Shown here in pieces: positions 10,897-20,308 of a stretch of 64,000 nucleotides of DNA (its first letter is position 1; each line of letters begins with the position of its first letter). The position numbers were made by a program, and so were the translations under genes. Below the pieces are notes generated by a model that was not told the DNA's origin, searched no databases, and saw only the letters and a list, made by a program, of their open reading frames with translations. The stretch comes from Pseudomonadota bacterium (lineage in GTDB: Bacteria; Pseudomonadota; Alphaproteobacteria; Rhizobiales; Xanthobacteraceae), in the NCBI GenBank assembly GCA_018240595.1, contig JAFEFL010000063.1, positions 172,701 through 236,700 of the forward strand, in the 5' to 3' direction.

Positions 10897-10994
10897 CGAT
10901 ATGCTCCCTTGTTGAAAAACAGTCGCCCGTATCTTCCCTTCTTTGGCGCGCCGATCGTCACGAGCGAAGCCGCGATCATGCGCGCCACCGACAC

Positions 10995-11996
10995 TCAGTT
11001 TCCGACGGTCGCGATGACCGCCATGCAATCACCGGTCTTGATCAAGCCCGGGAAATGACGCGCCGCGACCACGCCATCCAGGGCGGCGCGGTGTTCGAAC
11101 GGCGCTCGGCCGGTCTGCCGGACCGGATGCACCAGCGCCACGATCTCGCCCTTGCGCACCGGATCGCCGAGATCCTTGACCTGCTCGACCAGCCCGTCCT
11201 CGAAAGAAAAACTGAAACAATCGTCCGACGGCATATCGAGCCATTGTGTCGGCCCGCGCTCGATATCGCCGGCGCAGATGCCGGCATGCTTGAGCACGTT
11301 GCGCACGCCGCGCTTGGCGATGGCGACGCTGCGCGCGGTCGCGGTGCCGCCGCCCGCGAGCTCGGTGGTCATGAACGTCTTGCCCATACTTTCCGCGGTG
11401 GTATCGAGCATGCCGACGGCATCGATCTCGCGCATGCGCATCGAATAGGGCGCAGCGAAAGCGGCGACGGCGGCAAAGCACGCTTCTTCCTGCTTCTTGT
11501 CGTCGAGATCGTGAGCCGCGGCGTAGGGCAGGAATTCGAGGGTGCGGCCGCCGGAGTGGAAGTCGAGCACGATATCGGCGAGCGGCAGCAGATGGCGCGT
11601 GACGTAGTCGGCGATCTTTTCGGTGATGCTGCCGTTCGGCCGGCCGGGAAAGCTGCGGTTGAGATTGCCGCGGTCGATCGGCGACGTCCGCGTTCCGGCG
11701 ACGAAGGCGGGATAGTTCAGCGCCGGCACGATGATGACGCGGCCGTTCACCTCCTCGGCGCGCAGGTTGCGCGCGAGATCGAACAGCGCCACCGGGCCTT
11801 CATACTCGTCGCCGTGATTGCCGCCTGTCAGCAGCGCCGTCGGGCCCCGGCCGCGGCGGATGACGGCGATCGGGATCATCACCGAGCCCCAGGCGCTGTC
11901 GTCGCGGCTGTGCGGCAAACGGAGGAAGCCGTGCTGCACGCCATCGGCATCGAAATCGACGGTCGGGGCGACGGGTGACGGCGGCAATATGGTCAT
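10995..11996 (-). CDS. eutE: N-alpha-acetyl-diaminobutyrate deacetylase (EutE/DoeB)
   Basis: C-terminal 333 aa of ORF 10995..13016: GNHGDEYEG, GNLNRSFPG, LDFHSGG, TTELAGGG (AstE/AspA family). Confidence 0.92.
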   Translation of the reverse strand: MTILPPSPVAPTVDFDADGVQHGFLRLPHSRDDSAWGSVMIPIAVIRRGRGPTALLTGGNHGDEYEGPVALFDLARNLRAEEVNGRVIIVPALNYPAFVAGTRTSPIDRGNLNRSFPGRPNGSITEKIADYVTRHLLPLADIVLDFHSGGRTLEFLPYAAAHDLDDKKQEEACFAAVAAFAAPYSMRMREIDAVGMLDTTAESMGKTFMTTELAGGGTATARSVAIAKRGVRNVLKHAGICAGDIERGPTQWLDMPSDDCFSFSFEDGLVEQVKDLGDPVRKGEIVALVHPVRQTGRAPFEHRAALDGVVAARHFPGLIKTGDCMAVIATVGN

Positions 11997-11998
11997 GG

Positions 11999-13174
11999 TC
12001 ACGCCTTGACGAAGAGTTGTCGCGGCACCTGCGCCAGACAATCGACGCCGGTGTCGGTGATGACGATGCTTTCGGTGATTTCGAGGCCCATCGTGTCCAG
12101 CCACAGGCCGCTCATGAAATGGAAGGTCATGCCGGGCTTGAGTTCGGTGCGGTCGCCGGGCCGCAGGCTCATGGTGCGCTCGCCCCAGTCCGGCGGATAA
12201 CTCAGGCCGATGGCGTAGCCGGTGCGGTTGTCCTTGATGAAGCCGTGCTTCTTGAGGACGGCGAAGAAGGCGTTGGCGATGTCCTGACAGGTGTTGCCCG
12301 GCTTGGCGGCGGCGAGCCCCGCTTCCATGCCTTCCAGCGTCGCCTTCTCGGCGTCGAGGAATTGCTGGTTCGGCTTGCCGAGGAACACGGTGCGCGACAG
12401 CGGACAGTGGTAGCGCTTGTAGACGCCGGCGATCTCGAAGAACGTGCCCTCGCCGGCGCGCATCGGCTTGTCGTCCCAGGTCAGGTGCGGCGCCGACGCA
12501 TCGGCGCCCGACGGCAACAGCGGCACCAACGCAGGATAGTCGCCGCCGAAGCCGTCGACGCCGCGGATACCGGCGTCGTAGATCTCGGCGACCAGATCGC
12601 ATTTGCGCATGCCCGGCTCGATCTTCTCGAGAATGCGCTGATGCATGGCGCCGACGATGCGGCCGGCCTTGCGCATGTAATCCAGTTCGGTCGGGCTCTT
12701 GACCGCGCGTTGCCAGTTCACCAGCGCGGTGGCGTCCTTGAAGGCGACGTTGGGCAGGTGCTTCTGCAACGAGGCGAAGGCCGCCGCCGAGAAGTAATAA
12801 TTGTCCATCTCGACGCCAATGGCGCCCTTGTCGAGCCGTCGCTCCTTGAGAACCTCGGCGAGAAAATCCATCGGATGGCGTTCGGTCGATTGCACGTAGT
12901 GATCGGCGTAACCGACGATGCTGCCTTCGCTCAGATAGGCCGTGCGCCGCGCGCCGTTGGCGTCCTGGCCGCGGCCGTACCACACCGGCTCGCCGCTCGG
13001 CGGCACGATGACGCATTGATGCACGTAGAACGACCAGCCGTCATAGCCGGTCAGCCAGTGCATGTTCGACGGATCGCTGACGATCAGCGTGTCGATGCCG
13101 GCGCGCTCCATCGCCGCCCGCGTCTTGGCCAGACGCGCATCGTATTCCTGGCGGGTGAAATTGAGCGCATTCAT
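11999..13174 (-). CDS. eutD: Ectoine hydrolase (EutD/DoeA), M24 family
   Basis: WLTGYDGWSFYVHQ, GADASAPHLTW, YPPDWGERTMSLR, GLEITES. Confidence 0.93.
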   Translation of the reverse strand: MNALNFTRQEYDARLAKTRAAMERAGIDTLIVSDPSNMHWLTGYDGWSFYVHQCVIVPPSGEPVWYGRGQDANGARRTAYLSEGSIVGYADHYVQSTERHPMDFLAEVLKERRLDKGAIGVEMDNYYFSAAAFASLQKHLPNVAFKDATALVNWQRAVKSPTELDYMRKAGRIVGAMHQRILEKIEPGMRKCDLVAEIYDAGIRGVDGFGGDYPALVPLLPSGADASAPHLTWDDKPMRAGEGTFFEIAGVYKRYHCPLSRTVFLGKPNQQFLDAEKATLEGMEAGLAAAKPGNTCQDIANAFFAVLKKHGFIKDNRTGYAIGLSYPPDWGERTMSLRPGDRTELKPGMTFHFMSGLWLDTMGLEITESIVITDTGVDCLAQVPRQLFVKA

Positions 13175-14190
13175 GAGGCCGTCCGTTCTTGCTGGGAAAT
13201 GTCGGTTTCGAAGAGCTGCCCGGCGCGCGCCGCGCGGGCGCGCTCGTTGGCGAGCACCGCGATGGCGGTGTCCTGGACGCCAGTGCCGGTGAGATCGCAG
13301 AAAGTGATGTCGGCGGCTTGGCGGCGAGCCGGCGCGCTGCCGGCGATCACTTCGCCCAATGTGGCGAAGCTGTCAGTGTCCTTGACGATGCCGGCGCGAA
13401 TGGCGTGATGGAGTTCGCCAAGTCGGCGGGTCTGCGCCAGACTGTCGGCGACATAGACCGCGCGCTTGAACAGCGCCGGATCGATTTCGTTCTTGTGTTC
13501 GCTGTCGGAGCCCATGGCGGTGACGTGCTGGCCGGCCTCGAGCCATTCGGCCTTGAGGATCGGCCGCTCTGCCGGCGTCGTGGTGACGACAACGTCAGCG
13601 CCGGAACAGGCGTCGGCCGCGGTTGCCACCGCATCGACCGGAAAGCCGAGTTCTTTGGTCAGCGTCGCCGCGGCCGCCTTGGCCTTCTGCACATCGCGGC
13701 CCCAGATGCGCGCGCGCTCGATCGGGCGCACCAAAGTGAGCGCCTGCAATTGCAACGCGGCCTGACGACCCGTGCCGAGGATCGCGGCGATACGGGCATC
13801 GTCGCGGGCGAGATGCCTGGCCGCGACGGCGCCGGCCGCCGCGGTACGGATATCGGTGAGGTAGCCGTTGTCGAGCAGCAGGGCCTCGACCATGCCGGTG
13901 CGCGCCGAGAGCAACATCATCAGGCCGCTGAGGCTCGGCAGGCCGAGCTTGGGATTGTCGAAGAAGCCGGATGACACCTTGAGCGCAAAGGATGTGAGCC
14001 CCGGCACATAGGCCGTCTTCACATCGACCTCGCCGCGTGCTTCGGCGACATCGAGGCGCAGGATTGGCGGCATCACGACGGGCTTGGTCGCCAGCGCCAG
14101 AAACGCCGCTTCGACGCAATCAACCGCCGAGGCATCGAGCCCGACGGCGCGGCGCAGTTCGGCTTCGGTGAGGATGAGCACTTCACTCAT
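13171..14190 (-). CDS. eutC: Ornithine-cyclodeaminase-family protein of ectoine catabolism
   Basis: SSGFFDNPKLGLPSLSGLM, LTDIRTAAAGAVAA, DLTGTGVQDTAIA. Confidence 0.9.
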   Translation of the reverse strand: MSEVLILTEAELRRAVGLDASAVDCVEAAFLALATKPVVMPPILRLDVAEARGEVDVKTAYVPGLTSFALKVSSGFFDNPKLGLPSLSGLMMLLSARTGMVEALLLDNGYLTDIRTAAAGAVAARHLARDDARIAAILGTGRQAALQLQALTLVRPIERARIWGRDVQKAKAAAATLTKELGFPVDAVATAADACSGADVVVTTTPAERPILKAEWLEAGQHVTAMGSDSEHKNEIDPALFKRAVYVADSLAQTRRLGELHHAIRAGIVKDTDSFATLGEVIAGSAPARRQAADITFCDLTGTGVQDTAIAVLANERARAARAGQLFETDISQQERTAS

Positions 14191-15188
14191 GCGGCGGCTC
14201 CGCCAATGATGCGGGCGTGCGCCTGCGGATCGATATTGCTGCCGGACAGGATCAGCACCGCCGGCCCCCGCGGCCGAATTTTGCCGGCGAGCAGCGCGCC
14301 GATGCCCACGGCGCCCGCGCCTTCGACGACTTCGCCTTCGACGTTGAACGCGTGACGGATACCGGCGGCGATCTCGTCTTCCGACAGCAGGACCGTTTTC
14401 GCCAAGAGCTCGCGGCACAGCTCGAAGGTGATGCGATTCTCGAGGCCGATGCCGCCGCCGAGCGAGTCGGCCAGACTCGCGACCTCCTCGACCGCGACCG
14501 GATGGCCGGCCTTGATGCTTTCATGCATCGCCGCGCCTTGCGCCATCGACACGCCGACGATGCGCGCCTTCGGCCGATGCGCCTTGACGGCGACGGCGAT
14601 GCCGGCGGCAAGCCCGCCGCCCGACAACGGCACGATGACCGTTTCGACATCGGGCAGATCCTCGGCGATTTCGGCGCCAATGGTGCCCTGCCCGGCAACG
14701 ACCGCGATATCGTCGAACGGCGGCACTTCGGCGAGGCCGTCGCGCTTTGCCAGCCGCGCGACCTCTTCCTGCGCATCGTCCTGCGAGCGGCCGACGATGT
14801 GCACCTCGGCGCCGAGCGCGCGGATCGCCTCGACCTTGTTGGCCGGCACCAGCGCCGACATGCAGACCACGGCGCGAATGCCTTCGGCGCCGGCGGCATG
14901 CGCCAGAGCGCGGCCGTGATTGCCGGTCGAGGCGGTGACGACACCGCGGCGACGCGCTTCGGCATCGAGGCAAAGAATGGCGTTGGTGGCGCCGCGCAGC
15001 TTGAAGGCGCCGGTGGTCTGACGGTTCTCGAGCTTGAGATGAACCGGGACGCCGGCAAGGTCGGACAGCGAGGCCGACGGCTTCAGCGCCGTGCGCAGCA
15101 CACGACCGGCGCTCCGTCCGCGCGCCGCGGCGACCGCCTCGAGGGTCCTGTCAAACAGGGTCGATTGTCTTGCGGATGCGCAAGCCAT
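14187..15188 (-). CDS. eutB: Threonine-dehydratase-like hydroxyectoine utilisation protein
   Basis: LKLENRQTTGAFKLRGA (PLP Lys), STGNHGRA, LSGGGL, DSLGGGIG. Confidence 0.9.
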   Translation of the reverse strand: MACASARQSTLFDRTLEAVAAARGRSAGRVLRTALKPSASLSDLAGVPVHLKLENRQTTGAFKLRGATNAILCLDAEARRRGVVTASTGNHGRALAHAAGAEGIRAVVCMSALVPANKVEAIRALGAEVHIVGRSQDDAQEEVARLAKRDGLAEVPPFDDIAVVAGQGTIGAEIAEDLPDVETVIVPLSGGGLAAGIAVAVKAHRPKARIVGVSMAQGAAMHESIKAGHPVAVEEVASLADSLGGGIGLENRITFELCRELLAKTVLLSEDEIAAGIRHAFNVEGEVVEGAGAVGIGALLAGKIRPRGPAVLILSGSNIDPQAHARIIGGAAA

Positions 15189-15322
15189 CGTCGCCGCCCG
15201 CTCTTGTGAAGCGCCGCGGAAGACCCGCGGCTCAAACCGAGACGAATGCGAACGACGCGCTCGCTCCATCGCCTCTGATCGCGGACATGTTCAGACGCGA
15301 GGCAGATCATGTCAATTTGAAT

Positions 15323-15338
15323 ATTGCATCATTACAAT
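15323..15338. promoter_or_regulatory. Putative EnuR operator upstream of eutB
   Basis: ATTGC-ATCATT-ACAAT, one mismatch to ATTGT-N6-ACAAT (EnuR-type consensus, recalled rather than looked up), in the AT-rich spacer between enuR and eutB. Confidence 0.6.
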
Positions 15339-15345
15339 TTTGAAA

Positions 15346-16743
15346 CTAGGCAATGGAACCGATGTCGAAAACCGGCGGCAATTGCTCGAAGATGTCGCGC
15401 ATAGTGTGCAGCGTGCCGCGCAAAGTGGCTTCCGACATGCGGCCGCCGAGACAAATGCGGATGCCGGAGACGCGGCCGCTGCCAGCAACAAACGGATCGG
15501 ACGGCGTCACCGCGATGTTGCGGTCCGACAAGGCCGCGACCAGCCCGGCTTCGGTCCACTGCTCCGGCACCTTGAGCCAGGCCGACAGCGCCACCGGGTT
15601 CGATCCGGCAAGGTGCGGCCCCAGCATCTCGCGCACGATGGCCTGACGCGCCTTGATCTCTGTGCGCTGAATGGCCAGCAGTTGCTCCGCCGTGCCGTCC
15701 TCGATCCAGCGCGTCGCGATCTCGGCCGGCAGATAGGTCGCGCTCCACGACGTCACGCGCAGCACGCTCGAGGCGCGAATGCTGAACTGCGACGGCACAA
15801 CGAGATAGCCGACGCGCAGCCCGGTGAGCACCGACTTGGTAAAACTCGTGGTGCAGAAGCCGAGTTCGGGAATGAGCGTCGTCATCGACGGCAGTTCGCT
15901 TTCGAGCAGCGGTTTGTAGACTTCGTCCTCGACGACGAAGATGCCGTGCTTGCGGGCGATGCCGGCGATGGCTTCACGGCGCTTTTCGCCGGCGACATGG
16001 CCGGTCGGGTTGGTCAGCGACGGCGTGATCACCAGCGCCTTGACCGGACCCGCCGCGCAGGCGGCTTCGAATGCATCCGGTAAAATGCCTTCTTTATCGG
16101 TCGCCAGGCCGCGCAGGCTGAAGCCGAGCACGCTGGCCACGCCGATGACGCCGTGATCGGTCAGGCTTTCGGTGAGCACGACGTCGCCCGGATGCACCAC
16201 CGAGGCGAGCGCCAGGAACAGTCCGTGCGCCGCGCCATTGGTGACGAGAATGCGATCGGCCGGCACGTTGATGGCGAGGCGACGCAGCCACAGCCGCGCC
16301 GCTTCACGGTGATTGTCGAGACCCGCGATCGGCCGGCACGGCCGCATGAACGGGCTGTTGTCGCCGCGCGACAGCGCCGCCATGACCTGACGCGACGCCT
16401 TTTCGTGCGCGTCGGTGTAGACGCAGCGCGCGATCGACAGGTCGACTGTCTCGCCCGGCGCGCGGTCGAGCATGAAGCGGCCGGCGCGGTCGGTGACGCG
16501 GTCGCGCACGAAGGTGCCGCGGCCGACCTCGCCGCGCAGATAACCGAGCCGCTCGGCCTCCTTGTAACTGAAGCTGACGGTCTGCACCGAGATGCCGAGC
16601 TCGTCGGCGAGGTCGCGGTGCGTCGGCATCTGCGAATTGGCGGCAAGGCGCCCCGCCTCGATGTCGGCGATGATCGCCTCGGTCAGCGCGTTGCGCTTCG
16701 TCGTGCCCCGCCGCGACAGCGATGCCGGCCGCCAACCGCTCAT
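15346..16743 (-). CDS. enuR: MocR/GabR-type PLP-binding GntR regulator of ectoine catabolism
   Basis: N-terminal GntR wHTH (MPTHRDLADELGISVQTV…GEVGRGTFV) plus aminotransferase domain (SFTKSVLTGLRVGY); sits at the head of the eut/ehu genes. Confidence 0.85.
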   Translation of the reverse strand: MSGWRPASLSRRGTTKRNALTEAIIADIEAGRLAANSQMPTHRDLADELGISVQTVSFSYKEAERLGYLRGEVGRGTFVRDRVTDRAGRFMLDRAPGETVDLSIARCVYTDAHEKASRQVMAALSRGDNSPFMRPCRPIAGLDNHREAARLWLRRLAINVPADRILVTNGAAHGLFLALASVVHPGDVVLTESLTDHGVIGVASVLGFSLRGLATDKEGILPDAFEAACAAGPVKALVITPSLTNPTGHVAGEKRREAIAGIARKHGIFVVEDEVYKPLLESELPSMTTLIPELGFCTTSFTKSVLTGLRVGYLVVPSQFSIRASSVLRVTSWSATYLPAEIATRWIEDGTAEQLLAIQRTEIKARQAIVREMLGPHLAGSNPVALSAWLKVPEQWTEAGLVAALSDRNIAVTPSDPFVAGSGRVSGIRICLGGRMSEATLRGTLHTMRDIFEQLPPVFDIGSIA

Positions 16744-16819
16744 GATCGAGCTCCCGTTTTGCGCCAAGCGATCTGGCAGCTTGCGCGCGAGCCGACTACA
16801 ATGTCACGACCCTGCCAGA

Positions 16820-16835
16820 ATTAGATCAATACAAT
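16820..16835. promoter_or_regulatory. Second possible EnuR-type site between divergent enuR and asnC
   Basis: ATTAG-ATCAAT-ACAAT; same 16-bp geometry as 15323-15338, two mismatches to consensus. Confidence 0.4.
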
Positions 16836-16856
16836 CGTCCGGGAGTGGCGGCAATC

Positions 16857-17333
16857 ATGAAGTTGGACAAGATCGACCTCGCCATCTTGTCGGTGCTGCA
16901 AGGCGACGGGCGGATCACCAAGCTCAAGCTGGCGGAGGCGGTGCATCTGTCGCCGGCGGCGTGCTGGGAGCGTCTGCGCCGCCTGGAAGAGGCCGGGGTG
17001 ATCTGCGGCTACAGCGCGACCATCGATCTCGACAAGATCGCGCGACGCGTCACGGTGCTGGTCGAGATCACCCTGAAGAGCCACCGCCAGACCGACTTCC
17101 AGTTGTTCGAGGCGGCGATCGCGCGCGATCCGGCGATCGTGTCGTGCCATGCTACCGGCGGTGGCATCGACTACATGCTCAAGATCGTCGTGCCCGACAT
17201 TGACGCCTATCAGAAGACCATCGACCGTCTGCTGGCGTCGGAGATCGGCATCGACCGGTACTTCACTTACGTCGTCACCAAGACCGTCAAAGCCAGTCCC
17301 GAACTGGCCTCGCTGGCGCGCGCCACGCCATAG
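16857..17333 (+). CDS. Lrp/AsnC-family regulator (DoeX-like)
   Basis: LDKIDLAILSVLQGDGR HTH; CHATGGGIDYMLK; IDRYFTYVVTKTVK; adjacent to the ectoine cluster. Confidence 0.88.
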   Translation: MKLDKIDLAILSVLQGDGRITKLKLAEAVHLSPAACWERLRRLEEAGVICGYSATIDLDKIARRVTVLVEITLKSHRQTDFQLFEAAIARDPAIVSCHATGGGIDYMLKIVVPDIDAYQKTIDRLLASEIGIDRYFTYVVTKTVKASPELASLARATP

Positions 17334-17450
17334 CTTTCCGGGCCCGAACCAGCGGTCGAAAATGGCCTTAAGCCACTGAATATTCTTATTTTTTGCTGTT
17401 AACCGCGCCCCGGTTCCGCTATGCTTTCAGCCGGTTTGTCGAGGGGCGCC

Positions 17451-18824
17451 ATGCAAAAAATTCCCGTGATTTCTTCGGCCCAGGAAGCCGTCGATTACGT
17501 CCGCCAGCGCGACCTGCCCTATGTGCGGGTCGGCCTGTTCGACGTCGATGGCATCTTCCGCGGCAAATACATCGGACGCGACAAGTTCGAGAGCTCGATC
17601 GACAAGGGCCTGGGCTTTTGCGACGTCGTTGTCGGCTGGGACAGCAACGACCAGCTCTACGACAACGCGAAGGTGACCGGCTGGCACACCGGCTATCCCG
17701 ACGCGGCGGTGCGCCTGCTGCCGGAAACGATGCGCCTGCTGCCGCTCGAGGACGACCTGCCGTTGTTCCTCTGCGAATTCGCCGACAAATGGGAAGGCGT
17801 TTGCCCGCGCGGCACGCTTCGCCGGGCGCTGGCCCGCGCCGCCGACATGGGCTTCAAGGTCAGCGCCGCCGCGGAGTTCGAGTTCTTCCTGTTCGAGGAA
17901 ACGCCGCATTCGGTGCGCGAGAAGAACTACCGCAACCTCAAGAACATCACGCCGGGCTTCTTCGGCTACTCGATGCTGCGCTCGTCGGTGCATGCCGACT
18001 TCTATCGCGAGCTGCTCGACCTGGCGCGCAACATGAATTTCGAGATCGAAGGCCTGCATACCGAGACCGGGCCCGGCGTGCTCGAGGCCGCGATCCGCGT
18101 CGATGAAGCGCTCGCCGCCGCCGACAAGGCATCGCTGTTCAAGACCTATACCAAGGTGCTGGCGCAGAAGCGCGGCTGGATGGCCTCGTTCATGGCCAAG
18201 TCGTCGCACGAATGGCCGGGACAATCCGGACACCTGCACACCTCATTGCAGGACCGCAAATCCGGCAAGGGCGTGTTTCGCGACGACGGCAAGCCGCACG
18301 GCATGTCCGACATCATGCGCTGGTTCGTCGGTGGCCAGCAGGCGCTGATGCCGGAATTGCTGGCGATGGTGGCGTGCACGGTCAACAGTTATACCCGGCT
18401 CATTCCCGGCTTCTGGGCGCCGACCGACTCCGCCTGGTCGGTGGACAACCGCACCACGGCGCTGCGCGTCATCGAGGGATCGGAGAAATCGCAGCGCGTC
18501 GAGTATCGCGTCGCGGCGGCCGACATCAATCCGTACATCGCCATGGCGGCGGCGATCGGCTCCGGCCTGTGGGGCATCGAGCATCGCATCGAACCCGGCG
18601 CGGCGCTGACCGGCAACGCCTATGAAGTGAAGCTGCCGGACGAGCGCGCGCTGCCGCGCACCTTGTGGGACGCCGCGCAACGCCTCAAGGCATCGCAGCC
18701 GGCCCGCGCGCTTTTCGGCGATGCCTTCGTCGAGCACTACGCGGCGTCGCGCGAGTGGGAAGAGCGCGAATTCCGCCGCGCCATCACCGACTGGGAAATG
18801 CAGCGCTACTTCGAAATCATCTGA
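17451..18824 (+). CDS. Glutamine-synthetase-family protein (probable gamma-glutamyl-amine ligase)
   Basis: EFEFFLF, HTETGPGVLEA, GQSGHLH, DNRTTALR, RVEYR motifs; lacks the context of a housekeeping glnA. Confidence 0.88.
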   Translation: MQKIPVISSAQEAVDYVRQRDLPYVRVGLFDVDGIFRGKYIGRDKFESSIDKGLGFCDVVVGWDSNDQLYDNAKVTGWHTGYPDAAVRLLPETMRLLPLEDDLPLFLCEFADKWEGVCPRGTLRRALARAADMGFKVSAAAEFEFFLFEETPHSVREKNYRNLKNITPGFFGYSMLRSSVHADFYRELLDLARNMNFEIEGLHTETGPGVLEAAIRVDEALAAADKASLFKTYTKVLAQKRGWMASFMAKSSHEWPGQSGHLHTSLQDRKSGKGVFRDDGKPHGMSDIMRWFVGGQQALMPELLAMVACTVNSYTRLIPGFWAPTDSAWSVDNRTTALRVIEGSEKSQRVEYRVAAADINPYIAMAAAIGSGLWGIEHRIEPGAALTGNAYEVKLPDERALPRTLWDAAQRLKASQPARALFGDAFVEHYAASREWEEREFRRAITDWEMQRYFEII

Positions 18825-18881
18825 GCCGCCGCGGCGCACGCACGCCTGGCTATTCCTTCTCTCCAGTTTCGGACCCGATCC

Positions 18882-20267
18882 ATGTCTGACGTTGTCTGCA
18901 TCTCTCCCATCGACGGCAGCGAAGTCGCGCGTCGTTCCTCCGCTAGCGGCGCCGCTATCGACACGGCGTTGCAGGCGGCCCGCCGCGCGCAAAAAGAGTG
19001 GGCGAAAGTGCCGCTCGCCACGCGCATGGAGAAGATGACCGCCTTCGTCGATGCCATGCTGGCGATGAATCAGGAGGTGGTGCCGGAAATCGCCTGGCAG
19101 ATGGGCCGCCCGGTGAAATGGGGAGGCGAGTTCCGGCCGTTCGAGGAGCGCGCGCGGCACATGATCGCGATCGCCCCGGATGCGCTCAAACCGCATGTTC
19201 CAAAGCCGATCGAGGGCTTTACCCGCTTCATCGACAAGACGCCGGCCGGCGTCGTCCTCGTCATCGCGCCGTGGAATTATCCGTATCTCACCGCGGTCAA
19301 CAGCGTCGTGCCGGCGCTGACCGCCGGCAATGCCGTGATCCTCAAGCACGCCGCGCAGACCATCCTGGTCGGCGAGCGCTTCGACAAGGCGATGCGCGCT
19401 GCCGACCTGCCGGCCGGGCTGTTCGCCAATCTGGTGCTGACGCATGACGACACCGCGCGCATCCTGTCGAGCGGCGCGGTCGACCACGCCAACTTCACCG
19501 GCTCGGTTGCCGGCGGACAGGCGATCGAGCGCGCGGCGGCCGGTACGTTCACGACGCTCGGCCTCGAACTCGGCGGCAAGGATCCAGCCTATGTGCGCGC
19601 CGACGCCAATCTCAAGCACGCCGTCGACAACCTGGTCGATGGCGCCTTCTTCAATTCCGGGCAATGCTGCTGCGGCATCGAGCGTATCTATGTGCATGAA
19701 TCGCTCTATGACGCCTTCGTCGCCGGCTTCGTCGAACTGACCAGGACCTACAAGCTCGGCAATCCGCTCGATGAGACGACCACGCTCGGGCCGATGGCGA
19801 CATTGCGCGGCGCCGAGGTCGTGCGCCGCCAGGTCAAGGACGCGCTCGCCAAGGGCGCGCGCAGCCATATCGATCCTAAGCTGTTCCCGGCTGATGACGG
19901 CCGCGGCACCTACCTCATGCCGCAGGTGCTGACCGAGGTCGATCACAGCATGGAGCTGATGACGGTCGAAAACTTCGGCCCCGTCGTCGGCATCATGAAG
20001 GTCGCCAGCGACGACGAAGCGATCCGGCTGATGAACGACAGCCCCTATGGCCTCACCGCGGCGATCTGGACCTCGGACGAGAAAGCCGCTTTGTCGATCG
20101 GCCGGCAGGTCGAGACCGGCACCGTGTTCATGAACCGCTGCGACTATCTCGATCCGGCGCTGGCCTGGACCGGCGTCAAGGACACCGGCCGCGGCGTCAG
20201 CCTGTCGGAGATCGGCTACGACATGCTCACGCGTGCCAAGAGCTATCACCTCAGGACCTTGTCCTGA
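18882..20267 (+). CDS. Aldehyde dehydrogenase
   Basis: APWNYP, FTGSVAGG, LELGGKDP, NSGQCCCGIER, ENFGP. Confidence 0.92.
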   Translation: MSDVVCISPIDGSEVARRSSASGAAIDTALQAARRAQKEWAKVPLATRMEKMTAFVDAMLAMNQEVVPEIAWQMGRPVKWGGEFRPFEERARHMIAIAPDALKPHVPKPIEGFTRFIDKTPAGVVLVIAPWNYPYLTAVNSVVPALTAGNAVILKHAAQTILVGERFDKAMRAADLPAGLFANLVLTHDDTARILSSGAVDHANFTGSVAGGQAIERAAAGTFTTLGLELGGKDPAYVRADANLKHAVDNLVDGAFFNSGQCCCGIERIYVHESLYDAFVAGFVELTRTYKLGNPLDETTTLGPMATLRGAEVVRRQVKDALAKGARSHIDPKLFPADDGRGTYLMPQVLTEVDHSMELMTVENFGPVVGIMKVASDDEAIRLMNDSPYGLTAAIWTSDEKAALSIGRQVETGTVFMNRCDYLDPALAWTGVKDTGRGVSLSEIGYDMLTRAKSYHLRTLS

Positions 20268-20308
20268 TCGCTTCGCTTAACTCCCCTCATCATTCGACAG
20301 AGTCCGCA

